Shown: piece after piece, positions 54,036-64,000 of the stretch | Position numbering within the stretch: position 1 is the stretch's first letter | Layout of the letters: each line of letters starts with the position of its first letter | DNA from: Piromyces finnis finn | Taxonomy: Eukaryota; Fungi; Neocallimastigomycota | DNA: 64,000 nucleotides | Reading direction: 5' to 3' | Assembly (NCBI GenBank): GCA_002104945.1 | Contig: MCFH01000004.1 | Coordinates: 1,420,025 to 1,484,024, forward strand | Notes under the pieces: model-generated | What the model saw: only the letters and a program-made list of their open reading frames with translations | Database searches by the model: none | Told to the model about the DNA's origin: nothing | Position numbers and translations under genes: made by a program

Positions 54036-55110
54036 TTTATTTTAATAAAAAGGAATATAATAATATTTTATATTTAATGTTGAATGTTAATTTTTAGAAT
54101 ATAATAAAATTATTAAAATTAAATTTCAAAACCAATTTTTTTTTTTTTTTTTTTTATTTTTTTTTTAGTATCAATTAAAAAAATAAAATAAAATAAATTA
54201 ATAAAAACTTTAATATATATAATTCTTTTTAAATTAGAAATAAAAATATTTATAAAAATAATACATCAATAATAAAAATATATAATTAATATTTTTTTTA
54301 AACTTTTAATAAATTTTAAACATCTAAAAGCTAAATTTCAATTATTCATAAGGATTAGTATTTTTATTTTTTATATTTTAAAATAAATTTATTTTATATA
54401 TATTTTATAACCAATCACATTTAATTAAAAACATAATGAAAATAAAATATTGGTTAAAATATCATACATAAAATACTATTCATTATCTTAAATTTGAAAA
54501 AAATATAAAAATGGAAAATGAGACCATCAAATTAATTCTTTGAACAATCAAACGCAACCTAGTGTCGTATTTATATGGATCTGTAAATCCGATTGATTTA
54601 TACGCGTTCCCGTTGTGAATAAAGAATCCGTTTTCCAACACAAATTACGGACGTTGTTGTAGCTAAAAACAACTCTCGAGTTTAGCAATGAAGGAGTTTA
54701 CCTGGGCTACGATACATCATCATCTAATATTATAAAATAATTTAATGTAAAAATATAATTATAAATGTAATAGGATAGAAATTATGAATATTAATAGATT
54801 TATTAAATATTATTTTTTGTTTTAATTTATTTTTCTATTAGATTTTAATTTTAAGAATTTGGAATAAAAAAATACTTATTTATTAAATATAATTATTTAT
54901 AATAATTTTAAAGGTGTTGTTATTAGGAAAAAGATAATATAGGTATTAAGGAGTGGGAGTTTTAATATGTTCGCACCTAAAATAAAATTAAAATTGATAA
55001 TTATTAATTCCATTTTTCATTCCTTCAATTAGTATTATTTTATTAATAAATAAAATTACATATAACCAAAGACTAAAATCATATACAGTTATTATACTAA
55101 AATATAAAAT

Positions 55111-55279
55111 CTTCATACTTAAATTATAAGTACTAGAATTCATTATACCCATTTTTTATTCATTTATGTTTAAATTTATTTTTTTTGAGTTTTTATTTTT
55201 AAAATTATTTTTTAATACATATTCATTGTGATTTTATTTAAATATAAAGAAAGTTTTAAAGTATTTGATGCCGTTAAAA
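55111..55279. repeat. Dispersed repeat, copy 2 (see 23641-23830)
   Basis: Same shared blocks as copy 1. Confidence 0.7.
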
Positions 55280-57025
55280 TATATATATGATATATTGTTT
55301 AGTTTTAAATAAGATTAAACATTTTACAAAATGAAAATAGTTAAAAGTTGTGGAAAAAACAAACTTTTATAATAAAGCTGTTGATAATTCAATATAATCA
55401 TAGTACACAATAAAATTTTTTATTTACTAAATTTCTTATTTAATGTTGTTGGTATAATGTTATATTTTAATTATTTGTTAATAAAACATTAGTTAAAAAC
55501 ACTTAATTATATTTTTACATGATATTTAATATTATAAAATGTAATTATTAGCTTAATTATTATGAATTTATATGTACTTTTGTATGAATTTTTTCTCTTT
55601 ATTATAAAATAAAATTATATTTTTGGATTATAGTTTTTAATTTTATTTATAAATCTAATCCTTTATTTATTATTAAAATTTAATTTAGTATTTTTTTTAA
55701 AATACCATAAATTGTAAATATACAATTTTATATTTTTAAAAGTCAGATTTTATATGAAATGTATATAAATTTTAATAATAATATTTTCTATTAAATTATT
55801 TTTAAAAAGACTTTTATAATGCATTTTAAAGCATGTAGTATGTATAAATATTACTTATATTAATTCAGTTAGTATATACTTATAAACATAATACATATTA
55901 CTATCTTTTAACATTTTTTATTAATATTTTTTATAATAATAGTATTTTTTTTTCTATTTTTGCTTAATTCATTAATAATAATTCTATATATTGTTAATTT
56001 TATCATATTTCCTTTTATATATATATTAAGATATTATAAAATGGTATAGCAAAAAGAATAAATAAAATGTATATAGAAAATGCTTTATTAATCAAGTTCT
56101 AATTGCTGATAAAAATTTGGTTTAAAAAATTTATTTAGTATTTGTTTTTATAAAGTATTCAGTTATTTTTAGTATAAATATTTAAACTTATGTTAAAAGT
56201 ATTAATTTTGCCAAATACATAAATAATATTTAATGATTAATTGCTATCGTATTAAAAAACTTAAAATAAAAAACCTGTAATTATCCCATTCTTTTTAAAA
56301 GTGGTTCTCTTCTAAAATACTATTATACTATTCAAATGTACAATACAATAGGTATTAAAAGAAAATGTAATAATTATAATAATGTAATTGCATGTAATTG
56401 CTTTTTATCATATTATTAGTTCTAATGATATATAATCAATTTGATAAAAAGTTAATTATTTTAATTGCTAATATAATCAATAAATTAATTTAATATATTA
56501 TGTAAATAAATTATATTTTCTATTTATTATACAGAGATTAAAAAAATTTTTCTTTTAAAATATATTATGCTGATTGGTATGAACCATTAAAAATTCTTTC
56601 TAATATATTCTTTTCAATATATTATCTAATATATAATGAAATATTAGATCATATATTATATTAAATAAAATAAATTATTTATAAGAAATTATATCATTTA
56701 CAGTACATTAAAATAAATCTATCGTCGAAACATTAATTTATGTATTAGGAAAAAGTTTCTGCTACCTAAATAATATTTATGTATCATATATAAATATATT
56801 TAATTAAAAAAAAAAAATATTTTATATCAAATGCTTGATAATCCATATTAAATAATTAATAAGCCACTAAGATATTTTAACCAATAATTTTATAATATCA
56901 AAGAAAAATTTTGAAATTTTTTTAGATATATAATTAAAAAATTATACTCAATTTTTCTTTTTTTCTTTACAAAAAAATATTTATTTTTTTTAAATAATAA
57001 TTTTTTAATATAATTATAAATCAAA

Positions 57026-58228
57026 ATGGTAAGAATAATTTTACAATAATAAATAATAAATAAAATAGTAAAACGATTAAAGTAAAAAAATGTAAAAGTT
57101 AAGAGTTATTAATTATATATTAATTATAATATAATTTATTTAAAAAAATTAAATAAATATAAATAACTAATGGAAAAACAGGTTAAGGTCGCTGTTCTTG
57201 GGTAAGCATTCAAAAAATAATATATTTGAATAATAATAATATAAAAGTTGTGTTTGTGAAGGTATTAATAATTTAATAATTATATTATTAATAAAAATAG
57301 TGCTGCTGGTGGTATTGGTCAACCACTTTCTCTTCTCCTCAAGTCTCACCCACAAGTTACCGAATTAAACTTATACGATATCGTTAACTCTCCAGGTGTT
57401 GCTGCCGATTTATCTCACATCTGCACTAAGGCTAAGGTTACTGGTTACAAGGGTCAAGAAAACCTTGATGCTGCTCTTGCTGGTTGTGATATTGTTGTTA
57501 TCCCAGCTGGTATCCCACGTAAGCCAGGTATGACTCGTGACGATCTTTTCAACATCAACGCCGGTATTGTTAAGGGTCTTGCTGAAGGTATTGCCAAGAA
57601 CTGCCCAAAGGCTTTCACTTGCATTATCTCTAACCCAGTTAACTCTACTGTCCCAATCTGTGCTGAAGTCTTCAAGAAGGCCGGTACCTACGATCCAAAG
57701 AGACTCTTCGGTGTTACCCTTCTCGATATTGTTCGTTCCTCTACCTTCGTTTCTGAAGCTAAGGGTATGAACCCAGCTGAAGCTAAGGTTACCGTTATTG
57801 GTGGTCACTCTGGTGTTACCATTGTTCCACTTCTTTCTCAACTTAAGGGTGTTACCTTCTCTCAAGAAGAAGTTGAAGCTCTTACTCACCGTATTCAATT
57901 CGGTGGTGATGAAGTTGTTAAGGCTAAGGATGGTGCTGGTTCTGCTACTCTTTCCATGGCTTACGCCGCTGCTCGTTTCGTCGACTCTCTTATTGAAGGT
58001 GCCTTCATGAAGAAGCCAGTCGTTGAATGTGCTTACGTCGAATCTCCACTTGCTGCCGATGATGGTTGTGCTTACTTCGCCTCCGCTGTTGAACTTGGTC
58101 CAGCTGGTGCTGAAAAGATTCTTCCAATCGGTCCACTCTCTGACTACGAACAAGGTCTTTACAAGGCTTGTGTCGAACAACTTAAGGCCAACATTGCCAA
58201 GGGTGTTAACTTCGTTAACCAAGCTTAA
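57026..58228 (+). CDS. MDH: NAD-malate dehydrogenase, mitochondrial-type sequence without presequence, 316 aa; exons 57026-57028, 57182-57201, 57301-58228
   Basis: [73 protein letters not shown]; strong codon bias; 951 nt in frame. Confidence 0.96.
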
Positions 58229-58621
58229 ATTTTTTGATTCAACAAAATTATATTAAAAGAGTTACACATATATGAAATTTGAAATAATTTAAATTGAGTA
58301 TATAGAAAGAAGCAATATAAAATTATTTTAATTGTAAAAAAGTTAAAACAAAAGAAAAAAATAATGGATTAATTTCTTATAGGAAAACGTAAGAAAATAA
58401 TTTTTTTGTCTATAAGCGTAAAAAAAAGAAAAAAATAAAAATAAATAAATTTTATTTTTATTGATGCAAATTAAAATAATAAAAAAATAAAAAATAAAAA
58501 AAAAATTTAAAAATAATAAAAAGAATGGTAGTTTTTAGTTTTCTTTTGTGTGTTTTAAAAAGGAGTTTTTTTTTATTTATAAATTTATTTTTTTTAAAGT
58601 ACTGTCAATTGGCATGTGGGT

Positions 58622-58842
58622 TTTCTGGTGTCGATATTCTTGATTCAAATTTTTTACCAATTTAAATATTTAATGAAAAGTAAAGTCAAACAAGTTTAGT
58701 GTCAAAAAGCGATTCGAATTTACTAACAACAAACCAAAACTAGAATTTTTAAAGAAAATTTACAACTAGAATTCAAAAAAAGAAACTTTAAACAAAGCAT
58801 CGTAACAATTTTTGTACTATCCAGTACTTTTAAGAAGAGAGA
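58622..58842 (+). repeat. 221-bp direct repeat, copy 1
   Basis: Near-identical to 59656-59877 (two substitutions and one extra A seen); ends in a GA run. Confidence 0.93.
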
Positions 58843-58843
58843 T

Positions 58844-59323
58844 CCCTCTTGGGAACGTGCCTTCATTTATTTAATAAATGTAGTTTCTCAAGGGGGTCTA
58901 CTCATGCTCATGGTACTGAGAGAGTAGAAAGAATTAAATCCAAGTATTGCGCAATGGATGCTTGGTGCCCTCTTAGGAATGTGCCTTCATTTATTTAATA
59001 AATGTAATTTCTCAAGGGGGTCTACTCATGCTCATGGTACTGAGAGAGTAGAAAGAATTAAATCCAAGCATTGCGCACCCTCTTGGGAACGTGCCTTCAT
59101 TTATTTAATAAATGTAGTTTCTCAAGGGGGTCTACTCATGCTCATGGTACTGAGAGAGTAGAAAGAATTAAATCCAAGTATTGCGCAATGGATGCTTGGT
59201 GCCCTCTTAGGAATGTGCCTTCATTTATTTAATAAATGTAATTTCTCAAGGGGGTCTACTCATGCTCATGGTACTGAGAGAGTAGAAAGAATTAAATCCA
59301 AGCATTGCGCAATGGATGCTTGG
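58844..59323 (+). repeat. Tandem array of four hairpin-rich monomers (124, 110, 124, ~122 bp) at the LINE 5' end
   Basis: Units start at 58844, 58968, 59078 and 59202; units 1/3 and 2/4 share diagnostic bases, so a 234-bp dimer was duplicated. Confidence 0.93.
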
Positions 59324-59655
59324 TTAGTCTTTAAGGGAAAATTATTAAGACTAAGCTCATGGTACTGAGCGATTAAAAAACATTTTATTCATCAAATTTA
59401 AGTATTTGATGAATAAGTGAATGTTTGATTTTTCAGGTAAGTTTGTATAGTATTTAATTAGAAGAGTAATACATTTTGTTGCTGTATTTTTTCTTTTATT
59501 CATGTATTCATGTAGTACTACTCTTCTCTTGTAAGAATCCAATGTAGTCAACTTTAGCATTTGCATTGTACTTTTATATTCATGTAGCTATTGTTGTATT
59601 GTTTCTTGTAAGAGACTGATTCACTCTACATCATGTAAAAATACTATTCACAAGC

Positions 59656-59877
59656 TTTCTGGTGTCGACATTCTTGATTCAAATTTTTTACCAATTTAAA
59701 TATTTAATGAAAAGTAAAGTCAAACAAGTTTAGTGTCAAAAAGCGAATCGAATTTACTAACAACAAACCAAAACTAGAATTTTTAAAGAAAATTTACAAC
59801 TAGAATTCAAAAAAAAGAAACTTTAAACAAAGCATCGTAACAATTTTTGTACTATCCAGTACTTTTAAGAAGAGAGA
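59656..59877 (+). repeat. Direct repeat, copy 2, about 90 bp upstream of the LINE ATG
   Basis: See copy 1. Confidence 0.93.
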
Positions 59878-59968
59878 GAGAGACAGATTTTTTTCCATAT
59901 ACGTTATATTTGTAATTTTTATTAGTATTTATTTTATATTCAATATTTTTTAATTAGAATTTATTATC

Positions 59969-62900
59969 ATGTCAGTCCTTTATATTAAAGATAAGAATTA
60001 TATCAGACGTGGTACCCGGTCTTATGGTATCCCCTTAGATGATATTCGCTCCTTCTTTATCCGTGGTATTCGATCATGGTCAGTAAATATGCTATGGGAA
60101 AAACTCGAGGTTATTCTAGAAGATAAATTTAATTCAGTTATTAGTGTTAAATATTTTCAAACTTTCAATGATCACTTTTTCTTAGTCAAGGTTCATGGTT
60201 CATCAAAAGATTGTATTAAAATCTTACACATGTTAAAGAAGAAACTTTCAGTTACCTCAATTTCCTTTTCAGCTCGTAGTAGAAGGAATCACAAATACAC
60301 TTTTTCCACTCTCAAACGTAAAATTTTAGTTTCTAATAAACATCAACATTCTATTCAACAATCATTTCAACAATCAGTTCAACAATCTCATCAACAATCC
60401 GATCTTCAACAAGATCTTCAACAGGATCTTCAACAAGTTTCCCATCATGAAAATATTCCAGATCTACAGCAAACACAATTTCAATCTCAACATTCAACAA
60501 TTAATTCTAATAGTTCTATCAACTCTGATAACAGTTCAATAGTTGATAGTTCTTCAGTTTCACAGCCATCTAGTAATAGTTCTACTTATTCCTCTGATGC
60601 ATCATCCATTAATAACGATGACTTTAATAATAATAATAATAGCAACGATTCTTCCTCATCCAACAAGCCTGATAACTTTTCTTTTTGTCTTAGTTGGAAC
60701 ACCAATGGGTGGAATCATGAAAAGAGGGATAGTATTAGCTATTTCACAGCTATTTTCAAACCATTATTCTTATGTTTCCAAGAAACTGGTAATGGTTCTG
60801 GTTCGAATACAGATTATCCTTGTCGTGTTACTTTGCGAAACTATAGACACTTTTTCAAGAAAGCTGACGAATCAGTTCCGGGAATGAGAGGTTTATATTT
60901 AGGTTTTCACAATTCGTGTCAAGCCTCACTTGAAAACTTCTCTGGAAAGTATATTATTTCTATTTATACTTTTAGTCTCTGGAATAGATTCAAATGCTCG
61001 ATTGGAAATGTTTATATGCCTCATAGTCATCACAACATCTATGTTGATCATGCAAAGTTAGAAGTTCGCTTGTGGTTACAAACTCATTCATCCCATCCAT
61101 CGATTCTTGTTGGTGATTTTAATATGTCTAAAGTAAAATTATCCAACTGGTTATCAACTAATGGATTAGGAGATTGGGAAATTCTTCCGCTTAGAGGGTC
61201 TACTATCTCTTGGACTCGAGGTGATCAATCTTCCGACATTGACCATGCTCTTATCAATTCGAAGATGAAAGATCTTATTCACTCAGGATCATTTATAAAT
61301 AATTTTTATCCTGTATCAGACCATAAGCCACTTCTTATTAATGGTAAAATTATTCCTATGGAAGATTTTTCTAATGACTTTAACGTTCCTAAGAAAATTC
61401 TGAAATGGAATAGATTAAAATGTACTGAGGAAAAGGAATCTATTCTCAGTCATAATAAATTCCAAATACTTTCAGCAAAATTCAACGATCCTAATGCTTC
61501 TACAGATGAACTTTCCAAAGAATTTACTTCAACTGCTTTTTCAATTGCAGACGAGCTCAGTATTACCTCAGCAAATAATGTTATAAAGTCTTCATTTCAT
61601 ATTTCACAACAAATTTTTAATCTCCAAAAAATCAAAATGAAGTTGTATAAGAGATTTAAAAAAGAAAGAATTTATGATATAGATGAATTTATTAAAAGAA
61701 TTAAAATCTACCGTAAGCTCATTGATTACATCCACAAAAGATGTAATGAATTTAGGAAGCAAGAATATCTTCATTGGATTAAAACAGGATGTGAGTATAT
61801 GAAGAGTCATAATCCTAAGAAGGCCTGGAAATGGATCAAAAAAACTGCAAAAATTGGAAAAGATTCTTTCTTTATTGCTCAACCAATTAAAAACAAAAAT
61901 GGAGAATTAGTTGTTGCTACGGAAGAACAACTAGATGTGTGGCATGATCATTTCGAAAATCTTGCATCAGATCCAAGTGGTGTAAGTCTTGATTTGGAGC
62001 ATTGGTATGAAGAACCAACGAATAAACGTTTTTCACTTCCTATGCTTGATGAGTGGGATATCAACCAAGATATTAGTATTGATGAAGTCAAGTCAGCTAT
62101 CCTCTCTACTCCAAATTATAAAGCATCAGGTCCGGATGGTATTCCAATTGAATTTTACAAAGCATTAATTCCATCAAGTAATGATTCTAATAATGCTACA
62201 GATAATAATTCTTCTGGTAATACTACTTCAGATAATGATGCTCATGGTTTAAATTTTATTCTTAAATTATTTAACCGTATTTGGGATGGAGATTTCCCCA
62301 ACTCATGGAATGAATCCAGTATTGTTTCTATTCCTAAGAAGGGAGATTTGACAGATTGTGATAACTATCGAGGTATATCACTTATCAATAATGGTATTAA
62401 GTTGATCTCCAAAATTGTCACCACTAGAATCTCAGAATATGGTCTAAAGAATAATTTCATTAGACCTGAACAATTTGGTTTTCGAAAAAAGGAAGAAAGT
62501 ATCAGTCTTTTCATTTCAATCCAAGAAATATGCCGTAGACGTCAATTAGATAATAAAGAGACATATTTGGCCTTTTTAGATCTCAGGAAAGCATACGATT
62601 CAGTCCCAATCGGTAATATTCTCCATAAATTAGATTGTTTAGGAATCCGAGGTAAGAGTTTACAATTTATCAAAAATTTATATTTAACATCTAAGGCTAA
62701 TGTCAAATTAGATGGACAATTCTCGAAATCTTTTGATGTGAAGAAAGGAGTCCGTCAAGGTTGCCCTCTTTCTCCTATTCTCTTTAATCTCTTTATTAAT
62801 GATATTTTTAAAGAATGCGAAGATCTAGGAGTCAGTTTAGGTGACACTCGATGCTGTGGTGGACTTTTTGCAGATGATATAGTTATTTGTGCTCCAACAA

Positions 62901-64000
62901 GAGGATGCTTAAAAAAGATGCTTAGAAGAGTTAATGAATGGGCACTGTATAATGAAATGGAATTTGGTATCCAGAAATGTTCAACGATGGTGATTCGTCC
63001 TGAATCAATAGAAAATCAGAACAAGAGAGATCCAACATTTTACTTAGCAGGACAACCCATTCCAACTACTGATTGCTATACTTATCTTGGTGTTCCATTT
63101 GATAAGAATCTGTCCCTTAAACCAGTAATTAAAGCTCTTAATAACAAGGTTTTGAAAGGACTTTTCTCAGTCAGTAAATTCTTAAGAAATCCTAATATTC
63201 CTATTCCTTTCAAAAAACTAGTACTTAACTCACAAGTGATTAGCAGAGTTTCATACTTTGCACCATTACTTGGATCCAACAAAGCTAGGTCTAGGATTGC
63301 TCAGAAGCATGTTAACAAAGGAATACGATGGGTTGCCGGAGTTCATAAAGCTGTATCGTTTATATCTTTATACTCTATCTCAAAAGATTTGAATATTCCT
63401 CCATTGTCAGCCAAATGTGCGTTAGCTCAGGTTAGATGTTTTAACAAATGGAAAAACTCAAATTGTATTATCTCACACCTTGTCAATTACATTCCTAAAT
63501 TTAGAAAATACACGTGGTGCAAATCAAGTAGGACACTTGATAAAAAATTAAAGAAACATGGAGATGTTAAAGCAGTTAAAAACTTTTATTGGAAAGATCT
63601 CAAAGGGAATTCAATCAAAGCGCAATATTATGATGATAATAAATTTATTGAAACTAAAGATTTTATTAAATTATGTTATGAGTACCCAGAGTTTGCCTAT
63701 GGCTTCTACTGGCTATTGAAAGCAAGAAGCGGATACAAGTTGGATGCTAGAGTTGCCAAAGCTGCCAAATTTGTTGATCCAGTTTGTCCTAACTACTGTC
63801 CATGTTGCAAGTGTGGAGATCAAAGTATTAAACATTGGTTATTAGATTGTCCAACATTTAGAGATATCCGTATTAAACATTATGATTCCATAGTCCAGCT
63901 ATTAAATTTTTTCAGTCAACGTAATTCCAATAGTCCTATCAATAATAATGAAATTGATAATATCAGTAGAGATAGTAATAACATTAATAGTAATAGTAAC
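59969..64000 (+). CDS. LINE polyprotein (>1344 aa): N-terminal extension, APE endonuclease, reverse transcriptase, Cys/His knuckle
   Basis: SWNTNG (60692), FQET, ILVGDFN, SDIDH, DHKP; KASGPDGIP, NYRGISL, QFGFR, AFLDLRKAYDSV, GVRQGCPLSPILF, LFADD (62864-62878), YTYLG; CPCC..HWLLDCP. Motifs checked share the ATG frame; absence from the ORF track fits an ORF with no stop in the window. Confidence 0.95.
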   Translation, partial: MSVLYIKDKNYIRRGTRSYGIPLDDIRSFFIRGIRSWSVNMLWEKLEVILEDKFNSVISVKYFQTFNDHFFLVKVHGSSKDCIKILHMLKKKLSVTSISFSARSRRNHKYTFSTLKRKILVSNKHQHSIQQSFQQSVQQSHQQSDLQQDLQQDLQQVSHHENIPDLQQTQFQSQHSTINSNSSINSDNSSIVDSSSVSQPSSNSSTYSSDASSINNDDFNNNNNSNDSSSSNKPDNFSFCLSWNTNGWNHEKRDSISYFTAIFKPLFLCFQETGNGSGSNTDYPCRVTLRNYRHFFKKADESVPGMRGLYLGFHNSCQASLENFSGKYIISIYTFSLWNRFKCSIGNVYMPHSHHNIYVDHAKLEVRLWLQTHSSHPSILVGDFNMSKVKLSNWLSTNGLGDWEILPLRGSTISWTRGDQSSDIDHALINSKMKDLIHSGSFINNFYPVSDHKPLLINGKIIPMEDFSNDFNVPKKILKWNRLKCTEEKESILSHNKFQILSAKFNDPNASTDELSKEFTSTAFSIADELSITSANNVIKSSFHISQQIFNLQKIKMKLYKRFKKERIYDIDEFIKRIKIYRKLIDYIHKRCNEFRKQEYLHWIKTGCEYMKSHNPKKAWKWIKKTAKIGKDSFFIAQPIKNKNGELVVATEEQLDVWHDHFENLASDPSGVSLDLEHWYEEPTNKRFSLPMLDEWDINQDISIDEVKSAILSTPNYKASGPDGIPIEFYKALIPSSNDSNNATDNNSSGNTTSDNDAHGLNFILKLFNRIWDGDFPNSWNESSIVSIPKKGDLTDCDNYRGISLINNGIKLISKIVTTRISEYGLKNNFIRPEQFGFRKKEESISLFISIQEICRRRQLDNKETYLAFLDLRKAYDSVPIGNILHKLDCLGIRGKSLQFIKNLYLTSKANVKLDGQFSKSFDVKKGVRQGCPLSPILFNLFINDIFKECEDLGVSLGDTRCCGGLFADDIVICAPTRGCLKKMLRRVNEWALYNEMEFGIQKCSTMVIRPESIENQNKRDPTFYLAGQPIPTTDCYTYLGVPFDKNLSLKPVIKALNNKVLKGLFSVSKFLRNPNIPIPFKKLVLNSQVISRVSYFAPLLGSNKARSRIAQKHVNKGIRWVAGVHKAVSFISLYSISKDLNIPPLSAKCALAQVRCFNKWKNSNCIISHLVNYIPKFRKYTWCKSSRTLDKKLKKHGDVKAVKNFYWKDLKGNSIKAQYYDDNKFIETKDFIKLCYEYPEFAYGFYWLLKARSGYKLDARVAKAAKFVDPVCPNYCPCCKCGDQSIKHWLLDCPTFRDIRIKHYDSIVQLLNFFSQRNSNSPINNNEIDNISRDSNNINSNSN

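Larger units (their letters stand above)
58844..64000 (+). mobile_element. Non-LTR retrotransposon (LINE) running off the window end
   Basis: ORF with APE endonuclease and RT. The 5' boundary is inferred from the monomer also starting the deleted copy at 22798. Confidence 0.9.

Noticed and set aside
54685-54710. U1 snRNA-like tttacctgg and C-box atgatga
   Set aside because: The U1 5' match is imperfect and followed by AT-only DNA; no D box (ctga) partner was found.
1910-56900. Many 60-130 aa ORFs rich in F/I/K/L (e.g. 1910, 7237, 11902, 28223, 33729, 39718, 44425) and antisense ORFs over real genes
   Set aside because: Products of homopolymers and AT-rich composition, or shadows of opposite-strand CDSs; no domain signal.
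57410-58256. 270-aa antisense ORF and overlapping short ORFs at MDH
   Set aside because: Shadow ORFs produced by the strong codon bias of MDH.
58844-59323. CRISPR-like appearance of the repeat array
   Set aside because: Units are 110-124 bp and contiguous, with no unique spacers and no cas genes; eukaryotic context.
58844-59400. Canonical hammerhead, HDV-like or twister ribozyme
   Set aside because: No CTGANGA..GAAA core on either strand (ctgagag fails at G8); no P3/L3 + GG + catalytic C arrangement; no twister AAGCCC/GGG pseudoknot. Kept only as an unclassified structure.

Overview
Very AT-rich eukaryotic genomic DNA with GT-AG introns and long homopolymers. Gene content strongly suggests an anaerobic gut fungus (Neocallimastigomycota): a solute-binding-protein/7TM receptor, a presequence-less MDH of mitochondrial type, a bacterial-type AAA/PD-(D/E)XK pseudogene and GH114. 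Conserved genes: PAAF1/RPN14, GRX5, eIF4B, MDH and an F-box/LRR protein. Accessory genes: a five-repeat + ParB/Srx-like protein, three Cys-rich secreted paralogs (one with a premature stop), a secreted esterase, a membrane-anchored GH114 and a stand-alone I9 protease inhibitor. The most notable signal is a set of three related non-LTR retroelements. (1) An apparently intact single-ORF LINE (59969 to beyond the window end) preceded by a tandem array of hairpin-rich 110-124 bp monomers. (2) An internally deleted derivative at 22.8-23.6 kb that keeps one monomer, with a compensatory base change, and the 3' end. (3) A 531-bp SINE-like insertion at 26.3-26.9 kb with a tRNA box-B head, LINE-like tail, poly(A) and target-site duplication. 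All calls were made by eye without database searches; exon boundaries were checked by hand only where stated.
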